A stretch of DNA of 59,243 nt, the filler included. It is 3 parts of 3 records of this genome, joined end to end, with 100 filler letters (N's around TTAATTAATTAA, not from the genome) between each part and the next. Parts side by side here need not be neighbours in the genome. Positions count along the whole stretch, not along the records: positions 48,792 to 59,243 come from DRR723986_10202; 2 more parts are not named here. One strand, written 5' to 3'. The position numbers and the translations under genes were made by a program. Under the pieces are notes generated by a model. That model was not told the origin of the DNA, made no database searches, and saw nothing but the letters and a program-made list of their open reading frames with translations. Numbering within the stretch: the stretch's first letter is position 1; each line of letters starts with the position of its first letter. Below, in pieces: positions 48,930 through 59,190 of the stretch.

Positions 48930-51134
48930 TTAGTTTAACAACTCCCGCACTTCTGCCGCCGTCGTTACCGGAGCGTTACACGAGAAATTGCGGCAGACAT
49001 AAACCGTTGGCTCTCCATCGATGCTCGACTGCATCTCCGTAAACTCCGCCAACTTGTTTAAGCGCTGATCGATCGTGCCGTCCTCAACGCGCAGCAATAC
49101 TACCTTGTTCGGGATATACTCCTCGCGGATTGTCTCGATCATGTCCTGCGCACGCTGGTCGCGTTTGTCAACCACAACCACTATCTCGTAGGAAGGTCCA
49201 ACCGCAAATTCAAAACCCGCCAGATACATTGCATACGCCGAAGGCGCGCGGCGCACAGCCTCCGCAAATACTTCACCCAGCTCGCGTGATTTTTTCTCCA
49301 GGTCAATGCGGCCGGTTAAACGCGCCAGGCGCAGCAAGTTTAACTTGGCGACCGAGTTGGCAGAAGGTGTTACACCGTCATGTAGTTTTTTCTGACGTGT
49401 TAACACGTCGGTGGTCTGCACCGCAGACATATAAAAACCGCCGCCATCCTGGTCCCAGAAGTCTTCAACCATCATGTCCTGCAGCTGCAGGGCCGTCTCA
49501 AGATATTTAAGCTCAAAGGTCGTTTCATAGAGCTCTATCAGGCCCCAGGTCAAATGTGTATAGTCTTCCGCCACCGGCAGAATCCCGGCCGAGCCGGCGC
49601 GATAGCGGTGCAGCAGGCGCCCATCACCCGTGCGCAGTTTTGTTAAAATAAAACTGGCTGCCTTCTGCGCCGTTTCCGTTAAACTTTGATCCTGAAACAC
49701 ACGGCCGGCGCGCGCATAGGCAGCGATCATCAGGCCGTTCCAGTCGGTTAACAACTTATCGTCCAGTGAAGGACGCTCGCGTTTGTTGCGCTCAGCGAAT
49801 AACAACTTGCGCGCTGCTTCAAGCTTGTCACGCAGTTCATCCTCGCTCATATTCTGCGCGGCGGCGGCTTCCGCCAAGGTCTGCGCCGTGCGAATAATGT
49901 TAACACGCTCGTCAATTTCATTTGTCCAGTTACCGTCGGCCGGAATTGTGTAAAAGGCCGTAAATATGCTCGCCAGATCGGCCGGCAGCAGCGTGGTAAT
50001 TTCTTCCGTCGTCCAGGTGTAGAACTTGCCCTCCACATCCTCACTCACCGCATTTTCGGCCGAATAAAAGCCGCCCTGCTCAGAAGTCAGATCGCGAGAC
50101 ACATATTCAAAGATTTCCTCCGCCGTGCGCCGGAATTCCGTCAGCCCCGTAGCTTCATAAGCTTCGGTATATGTCAATGCCAGCATCGCCTGGTCGTAGA
50201 GCATTTTCTCAAAATGTGGCACCTTCCACTCGCGGTCCACAGTGTAACGGTGGAAACCAAATCCAACGTGATCGTAGAGGCCGCTGCGACGCATCGCGCG
50301 CAAAGACTCAATTACTACATTCAGCGCGGCCGTGTCACCACTGCGTTTCCAGTTGCGCAGCAGAAAGATATGATCATTCGCGCGCGGGAACTTGGGGGCA
50401 TAGGTCATGCGCCCGCCACCACTGCGTCCAAAACCGCCGTGACGCTCGTCGTAGTTGGCTATCAGGTCAATCCGCGCGCTGTCCAGAATTTCTTCGCCAA
50501 GTGCATCACCACGTTGGTCGGCGGTCGCTTCCAGCAGATTATTCGTCAGCGTCTCAGCATTCGCAACCACACTCTCACGCTCGTTTTTCCAGAGGTTCGC
50601 CAGCTTCGGCACCGCTTCGAGCATGCCCAACTTGTTGCCCTGCGTCTCACGCGCTATATATGTGTCGGCAAAAAAAGGCTTGCCGTCCGGCGTCAGGATC
50701 ACATTCAACGGCCAGCCGCCGCGGCCGTGCATCATCTGACAGACCTGCATAAACTGCTCGTCCAGGTCCGGCCGCTCCTCGCGGTCAATCTTGATATTGA
50801 TAAACTCCTGGTTCATCAGCGCAGCAACGGTGGAGTCGTTAAACGACTCTTTTTCCATCACATGGCACCAGTGGCAGGTCGAATATCCAATCGAGACAAA
50901 GATCAGCTTATCCTGCTCCTTGGCAGCCGACAATGCTTCTTCACCCCAGGGATACCAGTCCACCGGATTGTAGGCATGCGCCAGCAGATATGGACTTTTC
51001 TCGTCTATCAGGCGATTCGCACGCTGTTCTTCAACGGCATCACCGGAAATTCGATCAAGCAGCAGCCATGAGATCGAGAACATCACCACGGCAGGCACAA
51101 TAAAGGCCAGGATTTTTTTGACGGTAGGGCTCAT
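48930..51134 (-). CDS. YyaL/DUF255 (SSP411-like) thioredoxin-domain protein with N-terminal membrane anchor
   Basis: [79 protein letters not shown]. Confidence 0.92.
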   Translation of the reverse strand: MSPTVKKILAFIVPAVVMFSISWLLLDRISGDAVEEQRANRLIDEKSPYLLAHAYNPVDWYPWGEEALSAAKEQDKLIFVSIGYSTCHWCHVMEKESFNDSTVAALMNQEFINIKIDREERPDLDEQFMQVCQMMHGRGGWPLNVILTPDGKPFFADTYIARETQGNKLGMLEAVPKLANLWKNERESVVANAETLTNNLLEATADQRGDALGEEILDSARIDLIANYDERHGGFGRSGGGRMTYAPKFPRANDHIFLLRNWKRSGDTAALNVVIESLRAMRRSGLYDHVGFGFHRYTVDREWKVPHFEKMLYDQAMLALTYTEAYEATGLTEFRRTAEEIFEYVSRDLTSEQGGFYSAENAVSEDVEGKFYTWTTEEITTLLPADLASIFTAFYTIPADGNWTNEIDERVNIIRTAQTLAEAAAAQNMSEDELRDKLEAARKLLFAERNKRERPSLDDKLLTDWNGLMIAAYARAGRVFQDQSLTETAQKAASFILTKLRTGDGRLLHRYRAGSAGILPVAEDYTHLTWGLIELYETTFELKYLETALQLQDMMVEDFWDQDGGGFYMSAVQTTDVLTRQKKLHDGVTPSANSVAKLNLLRLARLTGRIDLEKKSRELGEVFAEAVRRAPSAYAMYLAGFEFAVGPSYEIVVVVDKRDQRAQDMIETIREEYIPNKVVLLRVEDGTIDQRLNKLAEFTEMQSSIDGEPTVYVCRNFSCNAPVTTAAEVRELLN

Positions 51135-51437
51135 AATGGCCGTTTCTTCCGACTAGTGGACAAACACGAAAAACACAAACGCGGGATTTAGCGGCAGATT
51201 GTCTCCCAACAGCGCCGCTCACTTCTGCAAGTCCAAACTCAAGCCCGCTATCACGGCACCAATAACTCAATAGCATATTTGAATGGTTCCGCTCTCAAAA
51301 TGACGCAGCACCGCTTCACCAGCAAGTCTAAAAACGCCAATCGCAGGTACAAATGGATGAATTCCACCTCTCGCGTGATCAAAGCGAGTTTTTACGACGC
51401 TTCCAACAAAGGCCAGGCAAACAATCCGCACTACTTA

Positions 51438-51875
51438 TCACTCAAACTTGACACCCAGCAACTGCGTAAACTTGTAAGCATGTTCGCTCGTAACCCCATC
51501 CCGCTCAGCCCTAACGTAGACCGAATCAAAACGCGACTCATCCCAAAACTTGCGTAGCGCCCTGGCCGCCATTTTTTTCACTTTCGGCTCCAGCACTTCC
51601 TGTGTTCTTGTTATATCAAGCGGAATCGCAAACTCAGAACAATCGGATACAGTGATGTGAATCGACTTGGAATACCTATCCAAACCCGTATCACTATATT
51701 TTAACTCAACTGCAATCTTATCGCAGCCGAATTCTTCGCGCAGTTCACCGGCCAGCGCAGTAACATCTTCAACATCTTCCCGCACGCCACAGCCGGCCAG
51801 CCCCAATACAGTCAAAAAGACTCCACTTAACATAAAACACAAAATTGCAGAACTACCCCGTTTAACACTAAGCAT
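51438..51875 (-). CDS. Hypothetical lipoprotein
   Basis: GGAGG RBS, hydrophobic signal and lipobox LAGC; no recognised domain. Confidence 0.7.
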   Translation of the reverse strand: MLSVKRGSSAILCFMLSGVFLTVLGLAGCGVREDVEDVTALAGELREEFGCDKIAVELKYSDTGLDRYSKSIHITVSDCSEFAIPLDITRTQEVLEPKVKKMAARALRKFWDESRFDSVYVRAERDGVTSEHAYKFTQLLGVKFE

Positions 51876-52061
51876 ATCATTAACCTCCAATGCAATAAAA
51901 ACAACACAACATCAGGTTAACACAAGCCTGACTCCTACCAAAACCACCTTTGACCGCTGCGCCCCTTATGAAGTGGCTGGCTTTCTCTTTTTGTTAGTTA
52001 AGGTGTTTAAAACCGCCAACAGTTGAGCCTGCCCAAAACATTCGGGCAGCACATCTTACAT

Positions 52062-52913
52062 TCACTTAACACGCCGCAGCCGCTGCACAACTTTGTTAGT
52101 CTTAGTTAGTCCGCCGTCATCCTGCAGCGTCGATGCATACAAGACCAAAGAGTCCGGCAGTGACGTAAAATAGAGCAATTCTTCGCGGTCCTGCACAGTT
52201 AAACGCATGACGTCTCCCTTGTTAACATCTGAACTCAACAAGAGCTCAAAAGTTCCGGACTGCCCCAACCACGTGGCCTTGCCATTCCCCGTTAACGTAA
52301 CTGTGTTGCCCGAAGAGTTTTCGTAGTCGCCGGCAACCGTGGCCAAACATATCATCTGCTGTAGAATCTCTTCGGAATTCATTCCCTCAGTCTGTTCGAG
52401 CGGCGCAAACATCTCGGATGAGTTGGCAGTTTTCAGCGTGAGGGCGCGTTGCAGCGTTCCGCTAAACAGCGTATCACCGGCCCCTAGGTCAAACGCATAT
52501 TCAACGGGTTCGAACATCGCGAGTATGTCGGAGCTGTCCACATCTACACGGACAGGGTCGATCCAATCCGCCGCACAAATTCTATATTCAAGCTGCGCCC
52601 GCGCACCGGAAATCCGCGTCAGTTTTATGCAGCTGTCCTGCGGGCCGGCAATCAGGAGGCTACTCATTCCATGCTCAGCAAGCCAGCGATTGGCTTTGTG
52701 TGGCGAGCGCGTCTGCCGCAGTACTTCGTAATACCTGTGGTTAATATACGCTCCACTTAACTGTTTGGGAGTGAAGTTGGGTTCTACAGGTTTTACGGGT
52801 TCTACAGCGCCAGACTGCGGCTTTGTGCTCTCACCACAGGCATGTAACAGCAAAAACAAACACAAAGCTGAAACGGCAATCACAAGCGACTGCGTCTTTG
52901 AGGCAACATTCAT
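52062..52913 (-). CDS. Hypothetical lipoprotein
   Basis: GGAG RBS, signal peptide and lipobox LHAC, Pro-rich linker (VEPVKPVEP); no recognised domain. Confidence 0.75.
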   Translation of the reverse strand: MNVASKTQSLVIAVSALCLFLLLHACGESTKPQSGAVEPVKPVEPNFTPKQLSGAYINHRYYEVLRQTRSPHKANRWLAEHGMSSLLIAGPQDSCIKLTRISGARAQLEYRICAADWIDPVRVDVDSSDILAMFEPVEYAFDLGAGDTLFSGTLQRALTLKTANSSEMFAPLEQTEGMNSEEILQQMICLATVAGDYENSSGNTVTLTGNGKATWLGQSGTFELLLSSDVNKGDVMRLTVQDREELLYFTSLPDSLVLYASTLQDDGGLTKTNKVVQRLRRVK

Positions 52914-53115
52914 GTAATCTCCGTGAAGAGGATCGGAAACAGATTCCGCGAGCTGGGGATCAGGAGCTCACAGACAGAAAAGTTTTGGGCGTGGAAAATT
53001 ACGGAATTTGACTCAAAAACTAGCAAAAAGATCAAGAAGCGAGCCGCAGCCAGGATGGCGTGGCGCTGCAAGCCCGGCTACAAATACAAGCACTTCCAGT
53101 TTAACAAAAAGGCAA

Positions 53116-53199
53116 ATACCCAGAGCGTCACCCAGAGAGTCACCCAGAAATGCACCCCGAAAAATTCCTAAAAATGCACCCGGATAAACACCTGGTACA
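53116..53199. repeat. Degenerate 12-bp tandem repeat (core CACCCAGA), about 7 units
   Basis: ATACCCAGAGCG TCACCCAGAGAG TCACCCAGAAAT GCACCCCGAAAA ATTCCTAAAAAT GCACCCGGATAA ACACCTGGTACA. Confidence 0.65.
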
Positions 53200-53249
53200 C
53201 AACGCGAACCAGTGATTAACAAATACGAACCGAGCACTTAACAGAATCC

Positions 53250-55400
53250 TTAAGCGTGCTGACCAATGTCTATCTGCGCAATCACGTCGATTTCCGTGTC
53301 CGACGGCAATTCAGTAAAACTGATGACCGAAACCGAAGGGAAGGCTGTGTGAATCATGCGGTACAAATACGGCCGCACCGTCGCCGAAGTCACAATTAAG
53401 GGATTGTAACCGGCGATGCTAATTTCGTCAATCGCTTCGGTGATTGAATCGTTTAACCTGCGCAGAACATCGGGAGACATTCCAAGTGAAGCACTGCCGG
53501 CCGTATTGCTGTTCTGCAAGGCCTGCTGCATCATTTCTTCCACCTGCGGAGCCAGGCTGACGGCACGCACAACACCGCGCTCGTCCTGATATAAACGTTT
53601 AATTGTATCACTTAAACTATGACGCACATATTCGGTTAACACGTCAACATTTTTGGTAACGGACGCGTAGTCGAGCAGCGATTCAATAATCAGCGGCAGG
53701 TCACGCACGGGAATGCCCTCGCGCAGCATCGCCTGCAGCACCTTGTGCAGAGTTCCCAGCGGCAGCGTATCGCGACTAACTTCTTCAACGAGGGCCGCGT
53801 AATCTTTCTTGAGGTGTTCGAGCAAGGCTTTAACTGCCTGACGATCCAGAATTCTGTCGGCGTAATTGCGCAGAGTCTCAGTTAAATGCGTTGAGATAAC
53901 AGCCTCGGGTTCAACAACCGTAAAACCCATTATTTCAGCATTTTCGCGCTCAGCCGCAGGCAGCCACGTGGCCGGCAGACCAAAGACGGGCTCGGTAACA
54001 CGAATCCCCTGGACTTCACCATCGGCGGATCCGGGATTCATTGCAAGCAACATTCCCGGGTACACTTTATTGGCTGCAACCTGATTACCACGCACCTTAA
54101 GAATATACTGCTCAGCCTCCAGCTGCAGGTTATCGCGCACACGCACCGGCGGAATTACAACACCCAGTTCGGTCGCCAATTGACGCCTTATATTGGTGAT
54201 GCGCTTAAACAAATCCCCACCCTGAACTTCATCGACGAGTGGAATCAGGCTATAACCCAACTCCAGCTCAATCGGATCAATTGTTAAGAGATCCTCAACC
54301 GGTTTTTCCTCGGGCTCTTTCTGACTGTCAGCCGCAGCAAGTTCCTCGCGCAGCTTCTCCTGCGACTCCTGTAAAATCATGCGTTGCCGGTAATATCCAA
54401 GTCCGCCCATGATCGCTGCAAGTACCAAAAATGGCAGCATCGGGAAGCCCGGCAAGACCGCAAAGAGAACCGCCGTACCGGCAGTGAAATACAATGTCCG
54501 CGGGTTATTCGCAAACTGATCTCCAAGCTCGGTTTCGAGTTGTTCACCGGAAGCCGAACGCGTCACAACCAAACCGGCAGCCACCGAGACCAGGAGCGCT
54601 GGAATCTGCGACACCAGACCGTCACCAATCGTTAAGAGCGTATAAGTTGACATGGCCGAAGTCACGTCCATATCACGCTGAAAAACACCAATCGCAATAC
54701 CGGCAATGATATTAACAACCGTAATAATTAAACCGGCAATCGCATCCCCTTTTACAAACTTGGCAGCACCGTCCATGGCTCCGTAAAATTCGGATTCCTG
54801 ATTAAGTTCGCCACGGCGTTTGCGTGCGGAAGCTTCGTCAATAAAACCGGCATTCAGGTCCGCGTCAATACTCATCTGTTTACCCGGTAGGGCGTCCAGC
54901 GTAAAACGCGCCGTGACTTCAGCGATCCTGCCCGAACCTTTGATAATCACCACAAAGTTGATGATTACGAGGATGATGAATATTATGATCCCCACCACAA
55001 AATTGCCGCCGATCACAAAACTACCGAAGGCGGCAATGATGTCACCCGCCGTCGCCTCACTGAGTATAAGGCGCGTAGAGGCAATGTTAAGTCCCAATCG
55101 GAACAGGGTCATGACCAGGAGGATGGTCGGGAAGATTGTAATATCGAGCGGGCTGCGAATGTACAGCGAAGTCATCAGAATCAGTACCGAGAGCAGGATG
55201 CTGATGGACAACATCACGTCGAGCATGAAAGGCGGCAGCGGAATCAGCAACAGGCCCATGATCGCAATGATGCCAAAGGCAATCAGGGCGTCGGACTTGC
55301 CACGCAGAAATTCCAGTCGCGAAAACAGGCCGGCGGCGCCACTGCCTGCTGCAGGCGCAGACCCTCCGCCTGCCGGTGCTAACTGTCTATTTTCAGCCAT
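53250..55400 (-). CDS. flhA: Flagellar export gate protein FlhA
   Basis: FPTILL..TLFRLGLNIASTRLIL, RIAEVTARFTLDALPGKQMSIDADLNAG, FYGAMDGAAKFVKGDAIAG, GDGLVSQIPALL. Confidence 0.97.
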   Translation of the reverse strand: MAENRQLAPAGGGSAPAAGSGAAGLFSRLEFLRGKSDALIAFGIIAIMGLLLIPLPPFMLDVMLSISILLSVLILMTSLYIRSPLDITIFPTILLVMTLFRLGLNIASTRLILSEATAGDIIAAFGSFVIGGNFVVGIIIFIILVIINFVVIIKGSGRIAEVTARFTLDALPGKQMSIDADLNAGFIDEASARKRRGELNQESEFYGAMDGAAKFVKGDAIAGLIITVVNIIAGIAIGVFQRDMDVTSAMSTYTLLTIGDGLVSQIPALLVSVAAGLVVTRSASGEQLETELGDQFANNPRTLYFTAGTAVLFAVLPGFPMLPFLVLAAIMGGLGYYRQRMILQESQEKLREELAAADSQKEPEEKPVEDLLTIDPIELELGYSLIPLVDEVQGGDLFKRITNIRRQLATELGVVIPPVRVRDNLQLEAEQYILKVRGNQVAANKVYPGMLLAMNPGSADGEVQGIRVTEPVFGLPATWLPAAERENAEIMGFTVVEPEAVISTHLTETLRNYADRILDRQAVKALLEHLKKDYAALVEEVSRDTLPLGTLHKVLQAMLREGIPVRDLPLIIESLLDYASVTKNVDVLTEYVRHSLSDTIKRLYQDERGVVRAVSLAPQVEEMMQQALQNSNTAGSASLGMSPDVLRRLNDSITEAIDEISIAGYNPLIVTSATVRPYLYRMIHTAFPSVSVISFTELPSDTEIDVIAQIDIGQHA

Positions 55401-55462
55401 AGTGTTGTTGTTCCTCACCCACTCCAGCTACGAAATGGGGTTTAGCGGCGCGGCTCAGAGAC

Positions 55463-56563
55463 TTAGGTCTCGGCGCTCTGCCCTTCTACATCCTGCCGTG
55501 CGCGGTAAACAGTGGCCAAAATTTGCGCCACAGCCGTAAACAGCGACTCGGGAATAAACTGATCGATGTCCACCATAGCGTACAAGCTTCGTGCCAAAGG
55601 TTTATCTTCGACGATGGGGACGTTGTGTTCGATCGCAATTTTTCGGATTTGCAGTGCCAGGTGGTCTACGCCTTTAGCCATTACACGCGGAGCATCCATG
55701 ACATCCACGTCGTATTTAAGCGCCACCGCATAGTGTGTTGGATTTGTAATGACGACGTCGGCATCTTTAACACGCTGCAGCATCAGGCGCTGCAGGCGGT
55801 TGCGTCCCATTTGACGCATGCGCGCTTTCATCTTGACGTCACCTTCCATCTGCTTGTTCTCGTCGCGCGTTTCCTGTTTAGTCATTTTCATGTCCTTGCT
55901 AAACTTCCACTTTTGGTAGAAGAAGTCAGCCAGGGCAATCACTATGTACGCCAGACCTACCTTATAGACCAGTTCAAAGGCCAGCTCGGTCATGAAGGGC
56001 CCTAACTGAACAAAGGGCATAGTCATGATAACCATGATCGAGTCGGTCCGTGGAGCAAGCACGGAATACACCACCGTGCCGATAATCAGGATCTTAAACA
56101 GGCCTTTAACAAATTCAACTACGATGCGCGAGGAGAAGAAGGTCTGTTTCATGCCTTTAAACGGATTAAACACGCGTTTAAAGTCCACACCTTCGGTAAA
56201 TTTCTTGGAAGCCCAATGCAGCCCGACCTGCGCGATTTCCGCACCAACAGCTACTGCGTAGATTGCCAGTAGGATTGGCAAGATGGTGAAGGCGATAAAA
56301 AATACCAGCTCAAGGTAGTATCCGGAGGTATTGCTGTCGGTCAGCTCGATATAGGCCGAGTTGATGAACATGTCCACCGCAAAGCGGTGCAGCTGATCGA
56401 TAAGGCGGCCGCTGAAAAAATAGACGACAACAACTCCGAGCAGCAGCAGTGCCGCCGTGGTTGTATCGACGCTCTTGGCCACCTGCCCGCGGTCGCGCGC
56501 CTGTTCCAGGCGCTTGGGGGTGGCGTCTTCTGACTTTTCCTGGCCGTCGGCGTTTTCAGCCAT
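55463..56563 (-). CDS. flhB: Flagellar export switch protein FlhB
   Basis: EKSEDATPKRL..AR.RGQVAKS, KMTKQE, NPTH autocleavage motif, PLARSLY. Confidence 0.97.
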   Translation of the reverse strand: MAENADGQEKSEDATPKRLEQARDRGQVAKSVDTTTAALLLLGVVVVYFFSGRLIDQLHRFAVDMFINSAYIELTDSNTSGYYLELVFFIAFTILPILLAIYAVAVGAEIAQVGLHWASKKFTEGVDFKRVFNPFKGMKQTFFSSRIVVEFVKGLFKILIIGTVVYSVLAPRTDSIMVIMTMPFVQLGPFMTELAFELVYKVGLAYIVIALADFFYQKWKFSKDMKMTKQETRDENKQMEGDVKMKARMRQMGRNRLQRLMLQRVKDADVVITNPTHYAVALKYDVDVMDAPRVMAKGVDHLALQIRKIAIEHNVPIVEDKPLARSLYAMVDIDQFIPESLFTAVAQILATVYRARQDVEGQSAET

Positions 56564-56632
56564 CGCGCTGCTGCCTCCCCATTTGTTGGCGGACCAGCCC
56601 TGATTCCAAGCGGTATGTTAGAGTGCAGTGGC

Positions 56633-57436
56633 TCATACGGCGGCCGCCTGCAGGCTTAGAATGACTTCCAGGATATAACCTTCAAACATCTCCAGTGCGT
56701 TTTTGATCACGTAGATAAAGACTGGAGCCGTAATCATTAAAGTCAGCAAACCAATGATGATTTTGAACTGGAAACTTAACACAAAAACGTTTATCTGCGG
56801 AGCTACACGCGCCAGCAAGGCCAGCGCCAAATTTGTAATAAAGAGCGCAATAATTACCGGCGCGGCTATCTTCGTGCCTATCAAAAACATTTGAGTCACA
56901 AGCCGGATCAACAATTCAACCGTTGGGCCGGTCAGATTGAATTCGCCCACCGGCACCGCCTGCACGCTCGCAAAGACCGCCTCAATCAAAAAGTGATGTC
57001 CGTTGAGAACCAGGAACAGCATCAAGGCCGCCAGCCATTGGATCTCTCCCACCAGCGTCGGTGAGTTGAGCTTGATGTTAAAGAGGGCTGCAGTTTGATA
57101 GCCCATGTCAAAGTCGGCCAGACCACCGGCAAAACGCACGGCCTGGAAGACCAGGTTGCTCGAATAGCCGATCAGGATGCCGATCAGTGCCTCTTTGGCT
57201 ACGAGCACCAACAGAAACATCGGCTCCATAATCAGCGGCGCCTGGTCTGCACCAAAGGCGACCGTCATCATGATTGCGATGATGCCCGAGAGAATAACTT
57301 TGATTTTGGTCAGAATCGCCGGATTGCCAAAGAAGGGCGCAACCATCATAAGTGCCGTGACGCGGGCAAAAAACAGAACACCCACAAGGAAGTGCTCCGT
57401 CAGTATTTCCATCGTCATATTATCGGGCAGGGGCAT
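56633..57436 (-). CDS. fliR: Flagellar export protein FliR
   Basis: ARV...APFFG, KEALIG, DFDMG, NGHH, ARVAPQINVF; position between fliQ and flhB. Confidence 0.95.
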   Translation of the reverse strand: MPLPDNMTMEILTEHFLVGVLFFARVTALMMVAPFFGNPAILTKIKVILSGIIAIMMTVAFGADQAPLIMEPMFLLVLVAKEALIGILIGYSSNLVFQAVRFAGGLADFDMGYQTAALFNIKLNSPTLVGEIQWLAALMLFLVLNGHHFLIEAVFASVQAVPVGEFNLTGPTVELLIRLVTQMFLIGTKIAAPVIIALFITNLALALLARVAPQINVFVLSFQFKIIIGLLTLMITAPVFIYVIKNALEMFEGYILEVILSLQAAAV

Positions 57437-57500
57437 AGTTGGCCAATATTATCCAGTAACTTGCAATTGGGGATTGTCAGCAGTCAGGGTCTGATTTTAA

Positions 57501-57571
57501 GCTGTTAGCCTCACGCTGTTAGCTTAAGGCTAACAGCTGTGGATTGAGCTGTGTATTGGGCTGCGGATTGG
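57501..57571. repeat. Repeat cluster in the fliQ-fliR gap
   Basis: GCTGTTAGC (57501), GCTGTTAGC (57515), inverted GCTAACAGC (57529), each 5 nt apart; then three 12-mers GCTG(T/C)G(G/T)ATTG(A/G) at 57536, 57548 and 57560. Confidence 0.75.
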
Positions 57572-57673
57572 AGTCTCACCTCCAGCTCCCAGACCCGGCA
57601 AACGGCACTGATCCCAGGAGCTCCACACTGCCGGCCCAGCGCCAAACAAAAGCGGCTTTATCAAACAAGCGCG

Positions 57674-57940
57674 CTAACCAAGACTCGGAATCAGATTAAA
57701 CAGCTCAATCGTAAAGGCCTTCAGATTCGAGATCATAAACGGCATAACCGCCACAGTCACGATAAAAACCACTATCAGCTTTGGCACAAATGTCAAAGTC
57801 TGCTCCGAAATCGACGTCGCCGCCTGGAAAATCGAAACCGTAAGCCCCACCACCAGCGAAAGCAGCAGCAACGGACCGGCGATCAGCAGCACGTAGTAAA
57901 ACGATTCGCGCGCCAGAAAAACGACCATTTCTTCGGTCAT
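57674..57940 (-). CDS. fliQ: Flagellar export protein FliQ
   Basis: VGLTVSIFQAATSISEQTLTFVPKL; ATG 57940 behind GGGGAG. Confidence 0.96.
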   Translation of the reverse strand: MTEEMVVFLARESFYYVLLIAGPLLLLSLVVGLTVSIFQAATSISEQTLTFVPKLIVVFIVTVAVMPFMISNLKAFTIELFNLIPSLG

Positions 57941-57998
57941 GGAATCTCCCCTTACTAAGTCCGGATTACAGAATTTTTTAAACAACAATCGGCCGCAG

Positions 57999-58823
57999 CT
58001 AAGCGCCCGTCACACTTTCCATCAGCGAGGAAACAATCAAATACCAGCCGTCCACCAGGATAAACAGCAGCACCTTGACCGGCAGCGAAATCAACTGCGG
58101 CGGCAAGAGCATCATCCCAAGAGACATCAGAATACTGGCAATGATCATGTCGATAATCAGGAAGGGGATAAAAATCACAAAGCCAATCTGGAAGCCCGCG
58201 CGCAGCTCACTGATGGTAAAGGCCGGGATAATCGCCAGCAGGCTCACATCATCAATTGATTCCGGTTTTTCGCCGGCCTGCAGCTTCACAAACAGCGCCA
58301 AATCTTCCTCCCGCGTGTGTTTGAGCATAAACTCGCGGAACGGTTTGATCATGTTATCAACGGCTTCAGCCTGTGTAATTTCTTCGTTAAGGTAGGGTTG
58401 CAGGCCCTTCGAATTGGCTTCGTCCAGCACCGGCGTCATCACGAACAGCGTCAGGAACAGCGCCAGGCCAACCAGTACCTGTGCGGGTGGCTGCGTATGT
58501 GTCGCCAGCGCTTGCTTCAGGAAGTGGAACACCACAATCATGCGCGTAAAACAGGTCATCATCACCAGGATCGATGGTGCCAGCGTCAGCACCGTCAGCA
58601 TCATCAGCAGCTGAATTGTCGTCACAAAGTCGTCCGGCGTCTCGGCGTCGTCAACTCCAAACGAGATCGAAGGCAGGCTCAGCGAACTACCACCGGCACC
58701 CGCGCCACTATTTTGTGCCCAGACTTCCGAAACTCCACAACAGAGCGCGGCACATAACACGATCCCGAGAATTATCCCCGTGCTTTTGTGTTTGACCAGT
58801 AATGTCTTCAGCTTGTGCATCAT
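57999..58823 (-). CDS. fliP: Flagellar export protein FliP
   Basis: LTLAPSILVMMTCFTR, PPAQVLVGLALFLTLFVM, PAFTISELRAGFQIG, SLGMMLLPP, KVLLFILVDGW. Confidence 0.97.
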   Translation of the reverse strand: MMHKLKTLLVKHKSTGIILGIVLCAALCCGVSEVWAQNSGAGAGGSSLSLPSISFGVDDAETPDDFVTTIQLLMMLTVLTLAPSILVMMTCFTRMIVVFHFLKQALATHTQPPAQVLVGLALFLTLFVMTPVLDEANSKGLQPYLNEEITQAEAVDNMIKPFREFMLKHTREEDLALFVKLQAGEKPESIDDVSLLAIIPAFTISELRAGFQIGFVIFIPFLIIDMIIASILMSLGMMLLPPQLISLPVKVLLFILVDGWYLIVSSLMESVTGA

Positions 58824-58919
58824 GGCATTTTACCTTTCTGTGCGCCGAGTAATCCGCAATGTCCCCTTAGGTACTCGCACAGAGATCAGCAACTATCGTG
58901 CCGGAAAATGATGTTGTCT

Positions 58920-58984
58920 TCTGGGTGGGAGATCTGGGTGGAAGATTTGGGCCAGAGCTCCGTGTAAGAGGTCTGGGTGGTATT
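58920..58984. repeat. Degenerate 13-bp tandem repeat (core TCTGGGTG, the reverse complement of CACCCAGA)
   Basis: TCTGGGTG at 58920, 58933 and 58972, with degenerate units at 58946 and 58959. Confidence 0.55.
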
Positions 58985-59190
58985 TACGAGTGCTCGTTTT
59001 TGCTGGGGCTAAGCAGAAGACGTCCTTTGTTCCTGCGGTCCCGCTCTTTTCAGCACTTGGTTTGCGCGTGTGGTGCTTCGGAACAGGTCCTTCACAGCCA
59101 TCTTGGTAGTTGTTGGGAGAGAAGCCGGAAGCTGCCGAGTCTGTTGGGAATTTTTGAGTATTGAGTTTGGTGAGAGTCGGTGAGTTTGGG

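Noticed and set aside
53116-53199. Possible CRISPR array (also the repeats at 57501 and 58920)
   Set aside because: Units are 12-14 bp, degenerate and lack unique spacers; no cas genes in the window.
58898-59164. 88-aa plus-strand ORF, or a fliO on the minus strand
   Set aside because: It runs through tandem-repeat DNA with no motif, and no FliO-like minus-strand ORF was found.
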